This document shows, one piece after another, positions 1 through 13,825 of a stretch of 64,000 bases of DNA (position 1 is the stretch's first letter; each line of letters opens with the position of its first letter). The stretch lies in the NCBI RefSeq assembly GCF_009914755.1, contig NC_060929.1. One strand, 5' to 3'. The position numbers and the translations under genes were made by a program. The notes under the pieces are model-generated. The model did not search any database and was not told the DNA's origin. It saw only the letters and a program-made list of their open reading frames with translations. The stretch is from the human T2T-CHM13v2.0 reference genome, Homo sapiens.

Positions 1-419
1 TGCAGAGGAGCCATGGAAGCCATCCACCCACCCCTGCCCCTGGAATCAACTGCATGAATGGCCCTCAGGGATCAGGATGGAGATGAGCGGAGCCCTTGCT
101 CTGGCCTCTGGGACATCTCTTTGCTCTCTGAGGATGGCTGGGTCTGGGGTTCAAGTGCAGCTGGAATATGGGAGTCTTGCAGGTAAGCAGCTCTGATGGG
201 GAGCATATCACTGAGCCAGCCCCCACCTCTGGCCTCAAACCCACCAAGCTATTGGCCTTGAGGGGCAGCTGAACTTGATAGACATCTTCTTTCCTCTGAG
301 CAGATCTGGCTGGTATAGAGAAAGGACTCAAAGAACAGGACTCATCAGAAAGGATCAAAGACTTGGCCTCCCCTCCAGCCAACCCCTCCCAATTGAGCAG
401 TGGAGGACAGTGGATGCTT

Positions 420-560
420 AACAGCACAGACTCTAGAGTGAAAAATGCATGGGTACTAATTCCAGTTCTGCCACTTTGTGGCTTTGAGACCCTGGATGGG
501 TGACCTGACTTGAAAAATGGGAATAATACCACCCAGTTTATTAGCTGGCTGTGAGTCTTC
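420..560 (+). mobile_element. MIR SINE fragment
   Basis: Resembles MIR core: gactctagag...ccagttctgccact...aaaatgggaataatac. Confidence 0.6.
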
Positions 561-2229
561 AGTGAGATGCTGCAAGGAAAGCTCTTAGCTTCTCCAGAGG
601 GCACCACTGGGGGCAGACCCAGGGCAGGCATGAAGATGCTGCCTCCAGAGGTGCACAGGGTAAGCCTGTGTGCCCTGGAGCAAGAATCCTTCTTGCAATG
701 GAAGCTGCTGTTTCGCCCATATAGCTAACACTTCATGGACCACTCACCCAGTGCTCCTTTCAGAACATGCCCCATGCAGGGTCGTCCTACCATCCTCTGC
801 AATGAGCCAGCCGGATGAAGCTCCTAAGACTGGGAGAGGGAGCCACTCTGCATCCTTGGGCCTCAGAAACACAGCACAGAGCCCCCAGGATTGGTGACTT
901 ATTTCTGAGTTCCTCACCCCCTCCCCATGGTGCTTCGTTTATGGACTTTTAGGGTCTCCCTGTCATGGCCATGATGACCAGATAAATAAACTTGGCTAAG
1001 TTAGAAATTCTAGTCCAGAGAAGCTCGTAGAGGACTTGGACCCATGGCTTCCATTAATAGAGCATATTTCAGCAAAGGCCTCTTAAATCTTGAAGGCTCC
1101 GGGGCAGGAGCTGTGGCGTGATGGATGCACTCACTCTAATGGCTCGATGGGAGCTGGAAATCAAAGTGAGGGGTGAATGTGTGCTGGTTGGAAGAAGGCC
1201 TTCTGCAGCCAGGGCACTGGTTGCTTTCAGGCTTGGCTGTCCCTTTGGGTATTGAGAGTTGAGTGACCTCTGAGGGCCATACCAATGCCCACCCAGAGGG
1301 CCAAGGGAACCCTGGCCTGCGAGTCAGGCCACCCACCACCAGCTCACCATGGGAGCTCAGACTGGGTCTTCACCACACTATGCCTCAGTTCCTTCATCTG
1401 TCCTGTGAGCTGGCTGAGCTGGATGGTCTCTAACTGGAGGCCCTCTCTCTTATGTTAGAGGCATGTGGCATCAGCTCACAAGGCACCGCCTCCAAAGAGG
1501 AAAACTGGTTGTCTTGTCCCAGAGGAATGCAATTTTCCAGGGACTTCTCAGTCGTGATGAGAGCAGAGGGTTTGGGGATCCAGCTCACTCAGGAGTTTGA
1601 AAACAAAGAACTTTGAGAACAAAGAACTATCAGAGCTGCTTTTAGTCTCCCCAAGGGCAGAGACAGTGGTTCAGCCAAGAAGGGACTTGGGACTTGAGAA
1701 TGCTGGAAAGAGAAAGGTAAGATTGCCTGTGGCGCTAACCCCACCTTGGTCCAAATTACTTCTGACCCGTGGAACAGGACCAGGGACACTGCCTCTGAAC
1801 TTCTGATTGCAAGAAAACACTTCTCTAAACATTGTGCAGCAGCATCCTTCAGGACCGTAAGACAGTGGCTGTGCAGCACAAAGCCCTCGTGTTCTTTGCT
1901 CACCTCTTGCCTCTCTTCCTTTCTGCCTCCCTTGTGTGTTTTCCTGTGTCTGCTTTTCTCCAGTGTTCACCACCTCTTTATGGACACTGACAGAGTGTTC
2001 CCTCTCTGCATCAGTTCTGGCAGGAAATGCACGAGCTGACCTCTTTGCTAAAAAAAGATCCACCACTGACAGAATTTCCTCAGGCTCCAGGGTCTATGAG
2101 CGCAAAGCTAGGGTAGTACGTCCCCCTCAGGGTCCCCAGGGCTTACCCCTGTGCCTGTACCCAATACCTCCACAATAAATAATTCTTGAAAATTTTTAAG
2201 AATAAATTCTAAAACAAAATCAGCACGTA

Positions 2230-2610
2230 TATCTGCCTAGGGAACTGCTAATAAAAACCCTAACAAACCCTAGCTCTAAGTAGTAAAAGCTAAAATATGA
2301 CCCTGATATTGTCTATACCAAAAAAATTAAGCAAGAGTCACATTGCAACAGATAATGTTGATTTGGTAGCAAAGAGAATTGTGAGATACACAAAGTTACA
2401 GCAGAATATTTTCAAAAAATGAAACAATAATGACAGTCAACACAAATAGGCAGCTCAAACACCATGACCACAAAATAGATGCAAGAAAGATGGACATTTC
2501 TATGCACCTAACTGTACGTTCTCCTCTCTAAGTGACAGATCAAGCAGACCAAGAACAGAGAAATTATAAGCCTGAAGAATGTGGCAAATGTGTTCTAATA
2601 GCCAACATAT
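2230..2610 (+). mobile_element. Old L1 (L1M) fragment
   Basis: A-rich degraded L1 ORF2-like sequence; appears to resume after the MLT1 LTR at ~3110. Confidence 0.5.
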
Positions 2611-2619
2611 GGAGGGAAC

Positions 2620-3105
2620 CTATATTCATTCCCTATGGATGCCATGACAAAGTATCATAGTTAGGAGGCTTAAAACAACAGAAATTTATTCTGTTGAGTG
2701 TAAGAGAAAATTATTCTGTTGAGTATTCTGTACTCTCCAGAGAGTACAGCTCTGGAGGCCAGAAGTCTGAAAGCAAAGTGTCAGGAGGGCCATGTTTCCT
2801 CTGAGACCCTGGGTGGAATCCTCCCTCACTTCTCTTTGGCTTCTCATGGTTAATTCTTGCTGGCTTTTAACTGCATTACTTTAATGTCTGCCTCTGACAT
2901 CACATGGCATTCCCCACATCTGTCTGTGCGCAGTTTCCATCTTCTTACTAGCACATCGGTCATATTGGATTAGGGTTCACCCTGATGGCCTCATCTTAAC
3001 TTGATTATACTTGCAAAGGCCCCATTTTCAAATAAGGCCACATTCACAGATGCCCGGGGCTAGGACTTCAACATATATTTCTGGGGACATGATTCAACCC
3101 ACAAC
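2620..3105 (-). mobile_element. MLT1 (MaLR) solo LTR
   Basis: ggcttaaaacaacagaaatttatt...ctggaggccagaagtc...ggggacatgattcaacccacaaca, the reverse complement of the MLT1 LTR ends. Confidence 0.85.
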
Positions 3106-3219
3106 AGAACCCAATGACAAAGCAAGAAGATGCATTTTCTTTGCAAATGTGCTAGTGGCACCAGGTACAATGACTTGGACTCTGCAGATATTCTTCCACA
3201 TCCACGTATTTATTCATAT

Positions 3220-3690
3220 AAATGAAATCAATATTCTCCACAAATCTTACAAATCTCTTTTATATTATTTGTTGCAGTTCATGTTTTATTTCGGGTTTTA
3301 TTAGTTTATGTTTTTGTTCTTTGATCAGTTGGACTAATGGCTTTGTAGATTTTTTCAAAGGCCTAATTATTGGTTTTGTCCATCAATACTCATTTTTTCC
3401 ATCCTGTTTATTCAGCTTTATTATTGCTTGCTTTCCTAATTTTCTTGACCTCTTTCTCACATCTCTAAGACCTTTAAGGTAGAGACTTAGTTTACTCTGT
3501 GTGAAGGTGTGTGTGTGTTTAATCTTTCCTATAGACATAGGGATTTAAAATAATGCAGTTTTTCTTTTGCCAATATTCCATATGTTTTGATATGTTACAC
3601 TTTTAAAAAATTATGATTTTTGTTCTGGACTTTCTTCTTGGCTTAGGCATCTTTTAAGGCAATTCTTTTTAATGTCCGTTAGTGGGGCAC
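3220..3690 (-). mobile_element. Old L1 fragment, antisense
   Basis: T-rich degraded L1-like sequence. Confidence 0.5.
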
Positions 3691-4514
3691 CCCAAAAGTA
3701 CTTTCTGTTTATTTCTAACCTTCTTGTGCTATGGTTGGGAATGTGGTAAGTGGAATTTTACCCACAGTCCAGCATGCTCTAGGGGAAGTGGCACTGTTTG
3801 GGGTTCCAGGTGTGATGGCTGACTCAACTGCTGTGATTGCTGACTCAACTCCTGATCTCTTCTGCCCCTCCTCCTTCTTACAACAGTTTTTCTGCTTCCA
3901 ACCTGTGTTTCTCTGGCCTTCCCAGTGTACATCTGCCTGCTGAACTGACCCTACAAAGACTAAAGTCCTCTCAGCCAGGGATGAGCTCAGGGAGGAGGTG
4001 AGAGAGGAAAAGAATGTGGGTGCTTCCATCCTGGTCACACCTGTGACAAGGGCCCTGCTCTCCCTATGTGAAGCCAGTGGCTGGATGCAGATCTGTGAAG
4101 TCAACAGCAGAGTTCTGGGGGCCTTTGATGCCAGGCAGACAAGGATGTGGCCAGGCCTTGGCTCCTTCGCTATCTCCAGTGACATCCAGGAGGCAAAGTC
4201 ACCCTCCTCGGAACATCCCCTCCAGCCCTCTGAAGTGGCACCCCCTACCGCCTGATCAGGCCTTTCCTTCCTGAGGTCTCCCTGGCTCAGCCCCAACCAG
4301 CTACCATCACTGCATTCACTTGAGTGAAAAGGCCATCACTGCGTTCACTCCAGAGACTGGCTCTGAGCTTGTCTCGCCTCCCTCGCCACCACCACCCACT
4401 CTCAGAGGCAGGAGAAGGCATGCACCTTCCCTGTGCCAGTCCAACTGCTTAGAATATTCTGGCTTTGTTTGGCTCTTTCTTACTCACTTTTCAGGTCTCA
4501 GCTTAATAGCTGAG

Positions 4515-4720
4515 ATTTGAGCACATGCTAAGTGACAGGCACTATGCTGAGTAATTTACATATATTAATTCATTAAATCCTCATAATAACCATATGAGAT
4601 AGGTATATGTTATCTCCAGTTCATAGATGAAGAGACTGAGGTTCAGAAAGGTTAGCTGCTCATCCACAGTCCCTCAATTTGCAGAACTGGGGCTTACATC
4701 TGGGGCCAACTTCCTCCAAA
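4515..4720 (-). mobile_element. MIR SINE
   Basis: caggcactatgctgag...aatcctcataataacc...atagatgaagagactgaggttcagaaaggtt. Confidence 0.85.
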
Positions 4721-4749
4721 GTCCCCACTCTCGAGCACCCTTCACTGAC

Positions 4750-4985
4750 TCTGGAAGGCCTTCTCTGACCCCTGCCCTCTGCTCCTTCCCTACCCCATGA
4801 TGGCCTGTGCCTCCTCTGGTCCCACAGCCCTGTGGCTACGCTGATGGGTAATTGCTTGTTTGCCTTCCTGCCTTCACCTTTAAGACAAGGAGCTTTTTGA
4901 AGGCAGAAATGGAAGGCAGGTTGTCTGCTGCTCTATTACCTGCACTTAGGAAAGGGCTTAAAGTCATTAAGTGTTCACTAAGTGG
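4750..4985 (+). mobile_element. L2 3' end
   Basis: ggaaggccttctctgacc...gagctttttgaaggcag...; runs into a TGGA tail. Confidence 0.6.
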
Positions 4986-4987
4986 AT

Positions 4988-5141
4988 TAATGGATAAATG
5001 GGTGGATGGGTGAATGGATAGGTGGATGGGTGAATGGATGGGTGGATGGATGGATGCATGGGTGGATGCAGGGGTGGATGAGTGAATAGATGGATGGGTG
5101 GATAAATGGGTAGATAGATGGATGAATAGGTAGATGAATGG
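4988..5141 (+). repeat. (TGGA/TGGG/TAGA)n simple repeat
   Basis: Direct reading of degenerate tetranucleotide array. Confidence 0.95.
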
Positions 5142-6874
5142 CAAATGCTGGGGACACGGACAGTGCTAAGACACTGTACCTGCCCTTGGGGAACACTCAG
5201 TGTAGAAAAGACAAGCCAAGGATAAGGAGGCAGGTGACTAGGTGTGGGTGGAACATGTGACAGGCCGGTAGTATCAGTCTGCCAGCAGCTGGTTCACGGG
5301 GCACATGCTCAGTGAAACCTCCTGAGACAAAAGCTCTCATAGATGGGGCATAAGGGCTGCCAAAAGTTATGAACTCAATGCTGCTATGAACACCCTTCCT
5401 CCATGCATGCCTTATAGGATTAGGTGCGGTCTCTAAGCTGGAATGCCATGTGTAGATTCTGCTCTAAACCTGAGAAATAAAAGTATTGACATTATTGAGA
5501 AATCTATTGAGATTACCTCCTTCCAGATTAGTATTCTAGTCTCTAAAACAGGATCACATTCACTTAAGGGGACATGGACCCTGATGAACTTCGATGCTGT
5601 GAGTGAAGCGAAAGCACTGCAGCTGCAGCCACAGCAAAGCAACAGCACGGAGTGGGAAATGGATTCATGCCCAGCAGCCATGGGGGCCTGGCAGAGAAGG
5701 GCAGAGGTTATAGTGTTGGAAAGCTAGTTTGGGGCCTGTTGAACATTTCCAGAAAAAGGAGCTCGAACTTGGTTCTGCAAGCAAGGAAGGAACACTGATG
5801 TCACCAGAGCAGGGCTTGGTGTGCTTGCAGCGGTGCCTTAGAAAGCCACCTTTCTAAGGCACTCAGGAGGGCGATGTGTGCAGAAGGGCACCTTAGGGGA
5901 GTGTGTCAGGACATGGCTTCTCACGGGCTCTGGCTGGACACAGGGAAGCTGTGGAGGGTCAGGTGCCCTTAGTTTGGCAAGACTCAGGAATTGAGTCCCA
6001 GGAGCCGCTGCCATTCCAGGACAAGTCTGTGGAAGCCCAGTTGTGAGAAGTAGGTGAGGTGCGGGGAGGGGAATGCAGTGGGAACGGTGGAATGGTCTGA
6101 AAATTACAAGCTATCAGAGAAGTTTTCTGCCTAGTTACACTTTAGCGATTTGGATCTCCAACACTAATTTGAATATTAATTATTTTGAAAAAAGCATACA
6201 CATGCAAATATTTTTCCTTTTAAACACCTGTCACCACCATCCTGATAAATGGCTTGCTCAGCAGCCCTGCTTGCATCCAGAAGCTCAGCCCAGCCATCCC
6301 CCTTTCTGCACAGTCTCACCGACTCCTCCCTCCACCAGGGCCTCATGTAGCACTCTGACCCCTCTTCCCTGGGTGGGTCTGGTCTCCCAACTCTGTCCTC
6401 AAGCTCCCCCAAAAGAGAGGACCACTCTGCCCTTCCACTGCCTCCCCCAGGACATTCTCCACCCACTCGGCCAGCACCAGGTGCTTCGGTGGCTGATCTC
6501 TCAGCTAAGTTTGCCAAGTGTCTCTAAGGATGTCATCCGGCCACCTCCTCCAAGCATGCCTGGGGGCATAAAGGCTGGGCCTGAGGGTCCCACCCAGAGA
6601 AAAAGAGTGAGGGAAAACCTGAGACAACAAGGAGTTTCTGGACTCCCAGGCAGCGAGTAGTGGGCGGTACCAGACAAGATGCTCACTTGGGAGCCTCTGG
6701 GGAAGTCGGTTAGAGGGTAGGCAGTGTGCACACCTCCTATCTCCAGGTCTTATTGCCTGCCTGGCTAGGACTGCAGGGAAAGTTCTGCAATCAGGGGCAG
6801 CTGAGATGTTCCTGGAAACCAGTGAGGATCACAATAGGTGCAATGGTCATGATAACGGCAGTGGTGGGAGTTGA

Positions 6875-7050
6875 TGTTGACTGAGCCCTCCCTGCATGCC
6901 AGGCACTGTGCCACCTACTTTCAGGGCCTCACTTCATGTAACCCATACGACAGTGCCAAGAGATGAGTGTTATCATCTTCACCTTGCCTTTGAGAAAACT
7001 GAAGTCTAGAAAGTTCATGCCACTTGCCCAGAGGTGGCACCAGGATTGAC
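6875..7050 (-). mobile_element. MIR SINE
   Basis: atgccaggcactgtgcc...gagaaaactgaagtctagaaagtt...acttgcccagagg. Confidence 0.65.
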
Positions 7051-7869
7051 CCTCTTCTGAAAGAAGCGCCTGCCTTATTAACCTCCTGCGCTGTGGTGCT
7101 CTTGGCCACCCCCACACCCCGCCTCTCCCTGGCATCTCATCTTTGTCCCTGTACTCTGGCCTCTGCTCTTCTCTCCTGTCCTCGCTGCCCTCCCTGGTAC
7201 TTTCTTTCTCCCCTCCCCTGAGCAGGACCCCAGATCTCATCCTGACCTCAGCCAATAGCCCCAGCTGTGGATCCCACATCCACCTCAGAGGCCCCGGCCT
7301 GGCTGCTCCCATCTGCAGCCTTAAGCTGTGCTCCAGCTGGAATCCACAGGTGGACAGGGCCTCCTTCCCCTGAGTAGGAATGTGTCACTGAGCCATGCCT
7401 TCTGCAGGCGTTTGGTGAGCATGTGCTGTGGCCAGCGTGATGCCAGGCACAGGTGGAAATCCCACCAGACCACAACCCTTTTCCTCTGGCCTGTGGTTCT
7501 CAGGCTGCTCTCTGATGGAGCCTATAGGCACCCTGACACTCTGTCTTCACCAGTGAACCTCCTCAGGCATATGGTTACACCAGAGTCAGCTCTATGCCAA
7601 GAGTCAGAAGTATTACTGCCACTGACACAGGTGACCTCTTGTCCCAGCCAGAGATCTCCTGCGGATGCAAGAGACGGAGGTCAAAGGCAGGTGCCGGGCC
7701 ATGGTGAGTGACTGCTCCATAAATGAGGGACCACGTAAGTTCTCAAATGCAAGAATGAGTATCAGGGAGAGGGGCCAGAATTGCCTTTTCTCGGGTATTT
7801 ATTGAGGAGGAATGCAGAGAAGTCCCTTTCTTGAAGGAGGCAGTCACAGAGTAAGCCTTTTATCTCTGC

Positions 7870-8040
7870 AGCACTCTGTGATTTGCAAAGTTTTGCACGT
7901 CCATTATTTCATTCTCATCTCTCACAAAAACCCAGTGGATGAGGCAGTCCTGGGAATATTGTGCTGAATTTACAGATGAAGAAACTGAGGCTGAGATGGG
8001 AAGCAAATTCCTTAATATAACACAATTAGCAAGGGACAGA
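7870..8040 (-). mobile_element. MIR SINE
   Basis: tttacagatgaagaaactgaggctgaga MIR core. Confidence 0.75.
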
Positions 8041-8079
8041 GACAGTGCCTTCCCTTCCCCACCACTACCACCACCACCA

Positions 8080-8113
<34 letters not shown>

Positions 8114-9829
8114 GGTGAATTTCTTAGGCCCTGTCTTCCTGAAGAGAGTACATGGCTGTGGGGAGGGGGTCTTTCTATGTCTAACTGCCACATGGCAGAG
8201 CTGGCTGCTTCACATGCAGAGGAAGGACACTTGTCTGCATTTCTGAGCTGGAGGGGTCATTGCTTAGGGCTTGGCAAGCAACCACGTGTATCTCTAATCC
8301 AGATCTGGGAGGGGGAGACTAATTGCCATTTGTGACCAACCAACTCTCAGCAGTGACCAAGCTCCTCCGTGACAAATTACGGTGCCTATTACTCCCTTGG
8401 CCCCGAGGCCTCCTTGGTCTCAAAGTAAAGTTCTGAGTGCTGTGGTGGCCGGCGCTAGGGCCCCTGCTGCGTGGCCGGCACCGCCCCTCCATGCCCCATG
8501 GGATGGAGACGCTAATTTATTCAGATATGTGACAGCTAACAGGCTTATCTAACTACAGTAAAATCATTTTCTGAATTATTCATGTGATATTTGAAATCAT
8601 GATTGTAGGAACAAATTAGCTACCCAAAAACTGGAAATGAAGGCTGCCTCATTAATAATGCATTGGGCAGGGCAGGCAGGATAGCAGGAGCTCGGAGGAC
8701 TTGGCTCTGAGCATACTGATGGGGGGAGCTCCATTTCCAGCAGGCCCTTCCAGGACAGGCATCACACATGCGGCCTCCAGCAAGAGTGCGTGAGTCTGGG
8801 CCACTCCACGCATGTGTTTCCTCTTTGAGGATGGGTGTGTTTGGCCCTCCCGGGGTCCCTGCTTTTCTCCTGTGGTGTCCCCAAGGCTTACCTTCATCTG
8901 GCCAGGAGTGCTCCATCTGCCCCTCTGACCCTCTGCCTGCCCAGGTCATGAACGAGCTGACTTCACATCACAGAGGTGAGGGAGACTTGACACCGGCCTC
9001 TGAGGGCGTCTGGCTGGGAGACCTAGCACCTTCCCTGATGAGCAATTGGATATCCTTCTCTCGTCCTGGGGAAATCTGCCTGTGGATCGTGGAATACACA
9101 AGACCTCAGAAGTCACAGGCAACTCAGGCCAGTTCTCACAGTGGTTGTGGTGAAGCAAAGGCAGCACCAGCAGCCAGTCTCTGTGACTTTTTATAATTGG
9201 AGGGTGGGAGGCAAGAGTCCAAACTTCCTTATCTGTGTTAGATCTGGTTTCTCAGGCTGTGCACCTAAGGTCTTGGACAGGGGGCTGTGGCACGTCAGGG
9301 CCTCACAGCTCTGCCAGGCCTGATGGGAAAACCTGGGCAAGTCAACAGCCTCTCTGGGCCTCAATTTCCGCCTCTGGCAAATGAGATTAGCAGGACCTGA
9401 TGTCATAGGATCATTTTAGAAGGAAATACATGAGAGCCCAGTTGAGAAAACTCTTCAGAAAGTATCAGTGTGTCACAATGTGTCATCAATGTGGTAAATC
9501 AGTGCTGCCAATTCATTTATCCACCTAATTACACTCTAATTGTTCCACAATAATTAGATGATTATAACAGTAATATCAGTCATAATCTCTTTAGCCACAT
9601 CTCTAATGCCAAGTTCTGGCCCTTTGAGATCTGGAGACCCCTCTGGGCTCATGTCCTAGGTCTCCCAGGCAGTCCTGGACTGGCAGCATTTGAGAGGGCT
9701 TCTCCCTCCAGAGAGGCTGCCTACTGGAGGTTGGTTTAGCAGGTTGGATGTTTCCATAAACAGAGGTAAGTACAGCCTCAGAAATAATAGGGGAGGTGAC
9801 AGGTCCAGCTGTAACATGAAGTTGCTAAG

Positions 9830-10167
<338 letters not shown>

Positions 10168-10764
10168 CTAGAACCCACACTCAAGAGTAAAGCTAGAGCC
10201 CTGGCAACCCCTCCCAGGATAACGTCAGAGCAAGCTGGCTCCACGCCCATGACAAGAGTGCAGGGGTTAAGATATGGAAGAAGAGGAGGCACCACATGCT
10301 GACGGAGGCATTCAGACTGGAGGAGGGCCTGCAGCCTCCAGGTCTGACAGTGGCCTTCCAGAGGGCCCCAGGGGACAGAGGCTTTTGTGCTGCCTGGAGC
10401 GACTTCATCTTATCACTGTCTCCCACCCGCCATGTTCAGCAGCATCCCCCAAGCCTTCTGCCAGATGGTAGCTCCTATGCGCCCAATGGCCACCTCCTGG
10501 AGCCTCGTCAGGCCAGACCCAGCCACAGTGAGCGCGTTAGACACCCACAGACCTGACAGCAGTGCCATCTGCCAACACACAAAAGGGTGAGAAGTCAAGA
10601 TCCACCAGGAGGCCACAGGCAGAAAGGAGCGGTTTAAATGCTCAGGCCCAGCTTCTCAATACATCAAGTAGGATGGTGCCCCTGCTCCCAAAGCACGCAA
10701 ACAATTTCCTCATTTTTTGTGCAGGCAAACAAATACATTCCTTAAAACATTAATGGCAAGAATG

Positions 10765-10940
10765 TATTTGATAAGCAGATTTTAGCTACTCTTGTCACCA
10801 ATATAAGCAACTATGTGAGATTTGTTAATCCGCTTCACTATAGATTTGTTAATCTGCTTCACTATAGTAACCATTTTACTACCCGTATGTATCCCATGGC
10901 ATCGTGTTGTAAACCTCATATATGTGCAATAAAATTTATT
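10765..10940 (+). mobile_element. L1M 3' end
   Basis: gattttagctactctt...actatgtgagat...tgttaat...gtgttgtaaacctc...aataaaa. Confidence 0.75.
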
Positions 10941-11051
10941 TTTTAAATATACATATTATTACCTTGGGAAAAAAAGCATATTTGAAATCCACAGGGATGG
11001 GCAGAGATAGTGTGGGCATTTGCCACCAAGGTGACTGAAAGACAGAATGTA

Positions 11052-11348
11052 GGCCAGGCGCGGTGGCTCACGCCTGTAATCCCAGCACTTTGGGAGGCCG
11101 AGGCGGGTGGATCATGAGGTCAGGAGATCGAGACCATCCTGGCTACCACAGTGAAACCCCATCTCTACTGAAAATACAAAAAAATTAGCTGGCTTGGTGG
11201 CGGGCGCCTGTAGTCCCAGCTACTCAGGAGGCTGAGGCAGATGACGTAAGTAAACCCGGGAGGTGGAGCTTGTAGTGAGCCAAATCGTGCCACTGCACTC
11301 CAGCCTGGGCGACAGAGTGAGACTCCGTCTCAAAAAAAAAAAAAAAAA
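11052..11348 (+). mobile_element. AluY-like
   Basis: gatcatgaggtcaggagatcgagaccatcctggct and gagctt diagnostics; TSD aaagacagaatgta. Confidence 0.95.
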
Positions 11349-11639
11349 GACAGAATGTAGTCACCTTGTCAGCTCTGCCAGCCTCGACCAGACAGGTGAT
11401 GCTGAGCTGTACTGTGACCTCAAAGTAGCTACATAAACCTTGGGGGCTTAAGAAGGTTGCTAGAAAAACAAAGAACTGTTCTTGAATTCAACCCAGCAAA
11501 GGCTTGCTGCACACCCACTGTGCACCCAGGTTGCTGGAAGCAGAGATAGAAAGGGAGAGGGTCAGGAGGAGACAGCCCCTCTCCACAGCCCTTGCAGACT
11601 CCAGTAGAAGCCAGATGCAGCTACGGTCAGGTGGTCTCA

Positions 11640-11978
11640 AGAAGGCCTCCTCGGCTGACCTTCTCTGCTCCAGGGTCTCTTTCCTGATACTGCCCTCACT
11701 TCTCCCACCTAGCTTACTCCTCCTCATCTTCAGAGCTCAGCTCCCTCGCCACTTCCTCCGGGGAGCCTTTCCTGACTTCAATGACTGAGTCGACCTCCAC
11801 GCTAGGCTCTCCCAGCACCTCGTGTGTGCCTCTGTCTTGGCATTTACCACCACTATAAATTCACATGTGCTCAGGTGATGAACAGAGGCTGAGCTCCATC
11901 AGAGGAGGCTTCACATTTGCCTCACAGAACATACTCAGGATACACTTGCTGAACAAATGAGTGAAGAGTGAGTGAATA
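11640..11978 (+). mobile_element. L2 3' end
   Basis: ctcctcctcatcttcagagctcagctc...gggagcctttcctgac...gctgaacaaatgagtgaa. Confidence 0.75.
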
Positions 11979-12055
11979 TCTCTTGGGTGCCTCTCTGGGG
12001 TCCAGAGCCCAAGTGAAAGATTTCCAAACTGACTACAGATAATAAGAACAAGGGC

Positions 12056-12369
<314 letters not shown>

Positions 12370-13379
12370 CTATGGGGCCCTCAGTTCCAGGCACAGAGAA
12401 AAACACCCGGGAAAGCCTCGTGCCTCACTCCAGGGAACGGACCACGTGGGGGTGGAGACGGAGGCCAAGAGGTCTCCGGCTCAAGTGCCCAGTGAGCCTG
12501 TCCTGTAGAGAGTCCTGCCAGGTGGACCAGGAGCCAAGAAGGCTGCAGCATTCATCCCAGAAACACACTGGTAGGGGCTTCAGACTTTAGGAAGAGCAAC
12601 CAGCCAAAATCCGTGAGCTGTCTTGAATTTAAAAACAGAATAAGGGCCTGGACCTTACCCCTGACAACTCAGTATCAGCCCATGAGGTATAAAGTAGGTC
12701 ACTTCCTCCCTGGTGCAGAGGTGCTGTGTATTTTTATAACTAGGTTTGATCATCATCAAGTGATGAGCTTATAACATTGTTGTCCCTTAGGGCATGGCCT
12801 CAATTTATGAGCCTTATTTTTAACTGGAATGGAACAGGGCTGGATCAAACGCTACTAATGTGTTAAGATCCCCTGGGCGTCACGTACGGTGTGGAGTGAT
12901 CGGTCCAGGTGGGTGGTCTGGCCATGCAAGGTAGGGCAGCGCCTAATGACTCGTGCCTGCTGGGTACCTGGGCATCCTCAGGGCTTTTCTGTGGGGCATT
13001 CTCAGCTCCGAGTCTACCTCCTCCTGCTCCTCTTCCCTTCAGGACTTTATCATCTCTAGGGGCCTTCATTGGCTCGAGAAGCAAGCTGGGCTTATCAAGT
13101 ATTAGAGGCCACAAAGGATAAGAGGCCTCGCCCATGGTCACCTGGTGCCTCGGTCAGAGCTGGAGTCCAGCCCTAACCCAGGGTCCACTACTCAGGGTTT
13201 CTGATCCTACAGAGGCACTGGGGCCTCCAGCAAAGGGAGCATGCAGCCTGAGAGACAACAGCGTTCTGAGGCTGAGCACTGCATAATGCAAGGGCGATAA
13301 GAACAAGGACAGCAGGGCCCCATCCTGCTGGGATCTCAGCACCAGACACAGGGGAGGGAGGAAACGCAAATGCCCAGAA

Positions 13380-13825
13380 GGCCTCATTTCACACGCCGGT
13401 GGACCATGTGCACCAGAACTTGTTTTGCTCTCCTCCTGGGCCCTCAGTTGCAAGGCATTTCCCAGCTGCCCTTGTGGCTAGAGGTGGCCATGTACCTGGG
13501 CTCTGACCAGCAGAATGTGGGCAGAAGTGATGGGCTTGCCAGCCTGGCCCATCCAAACCTTCCACGGGAGATTCACCCTGCTGCTTTCCACTCTGGCTGG
13601 AATGGAGATGACCCCTTAGTGATGGGGGGATCACTAAAGTCAGAGGGGTCATGACACAGAAGGGGGCCTGGGTCCCCAAATCACTGCCTGGAGGAGAGCT
13701 GCCTGACCAGGGTCACTCTTACTAGACTGGGTGTGAAAAGGAAAGATACTTTATAGTGTTATTGAGCTCAGCTACGAAGATGGCAAGGATTTTCCATCTC
13801 AGCAGCAAGTATTTGCCCTGATAGA
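13380..13825 (+). mobile_element. Old MLT1 (MaLR) LTR
   Basis: catttcccagctgcccttgtggctagaggtggccatgt...cctgggtccc...ggaggagagctgcc. Confidence 0.7.

Noticed and set aside
65-631. 188-aa minus-strand ORF and other 100-250 aa ORFs (6073-6660, 26554-27150, 37459-38199, 50129-50728, 53819-54340)
   Set aside because: No recognisable domain or exon structure; several overlap repeats or microsatellites; lengths are expected by chance at ~50% GC
4836-5196. His/Pro/Ser/Ile-rich ORFs
   Set aside because: Translations of the (TGGA)n simple repeat
7690-7742. Two splice-donor-like motifs (GTGAGT, GTAAGT)
   Set aside because: No supportable acceptor, exon frame or transcript evidence; such hexamers are common
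10818-10865. 24-bp tandem duplication agatttgttaatc(c/t)gcttcactat in an L1 3' end; similar ones at ~1596-1628, ~2685-2724 and ~4303-4349
   Set aside because: Ordinary short tandem duplications, the commonest kind of insertion, with no further signal
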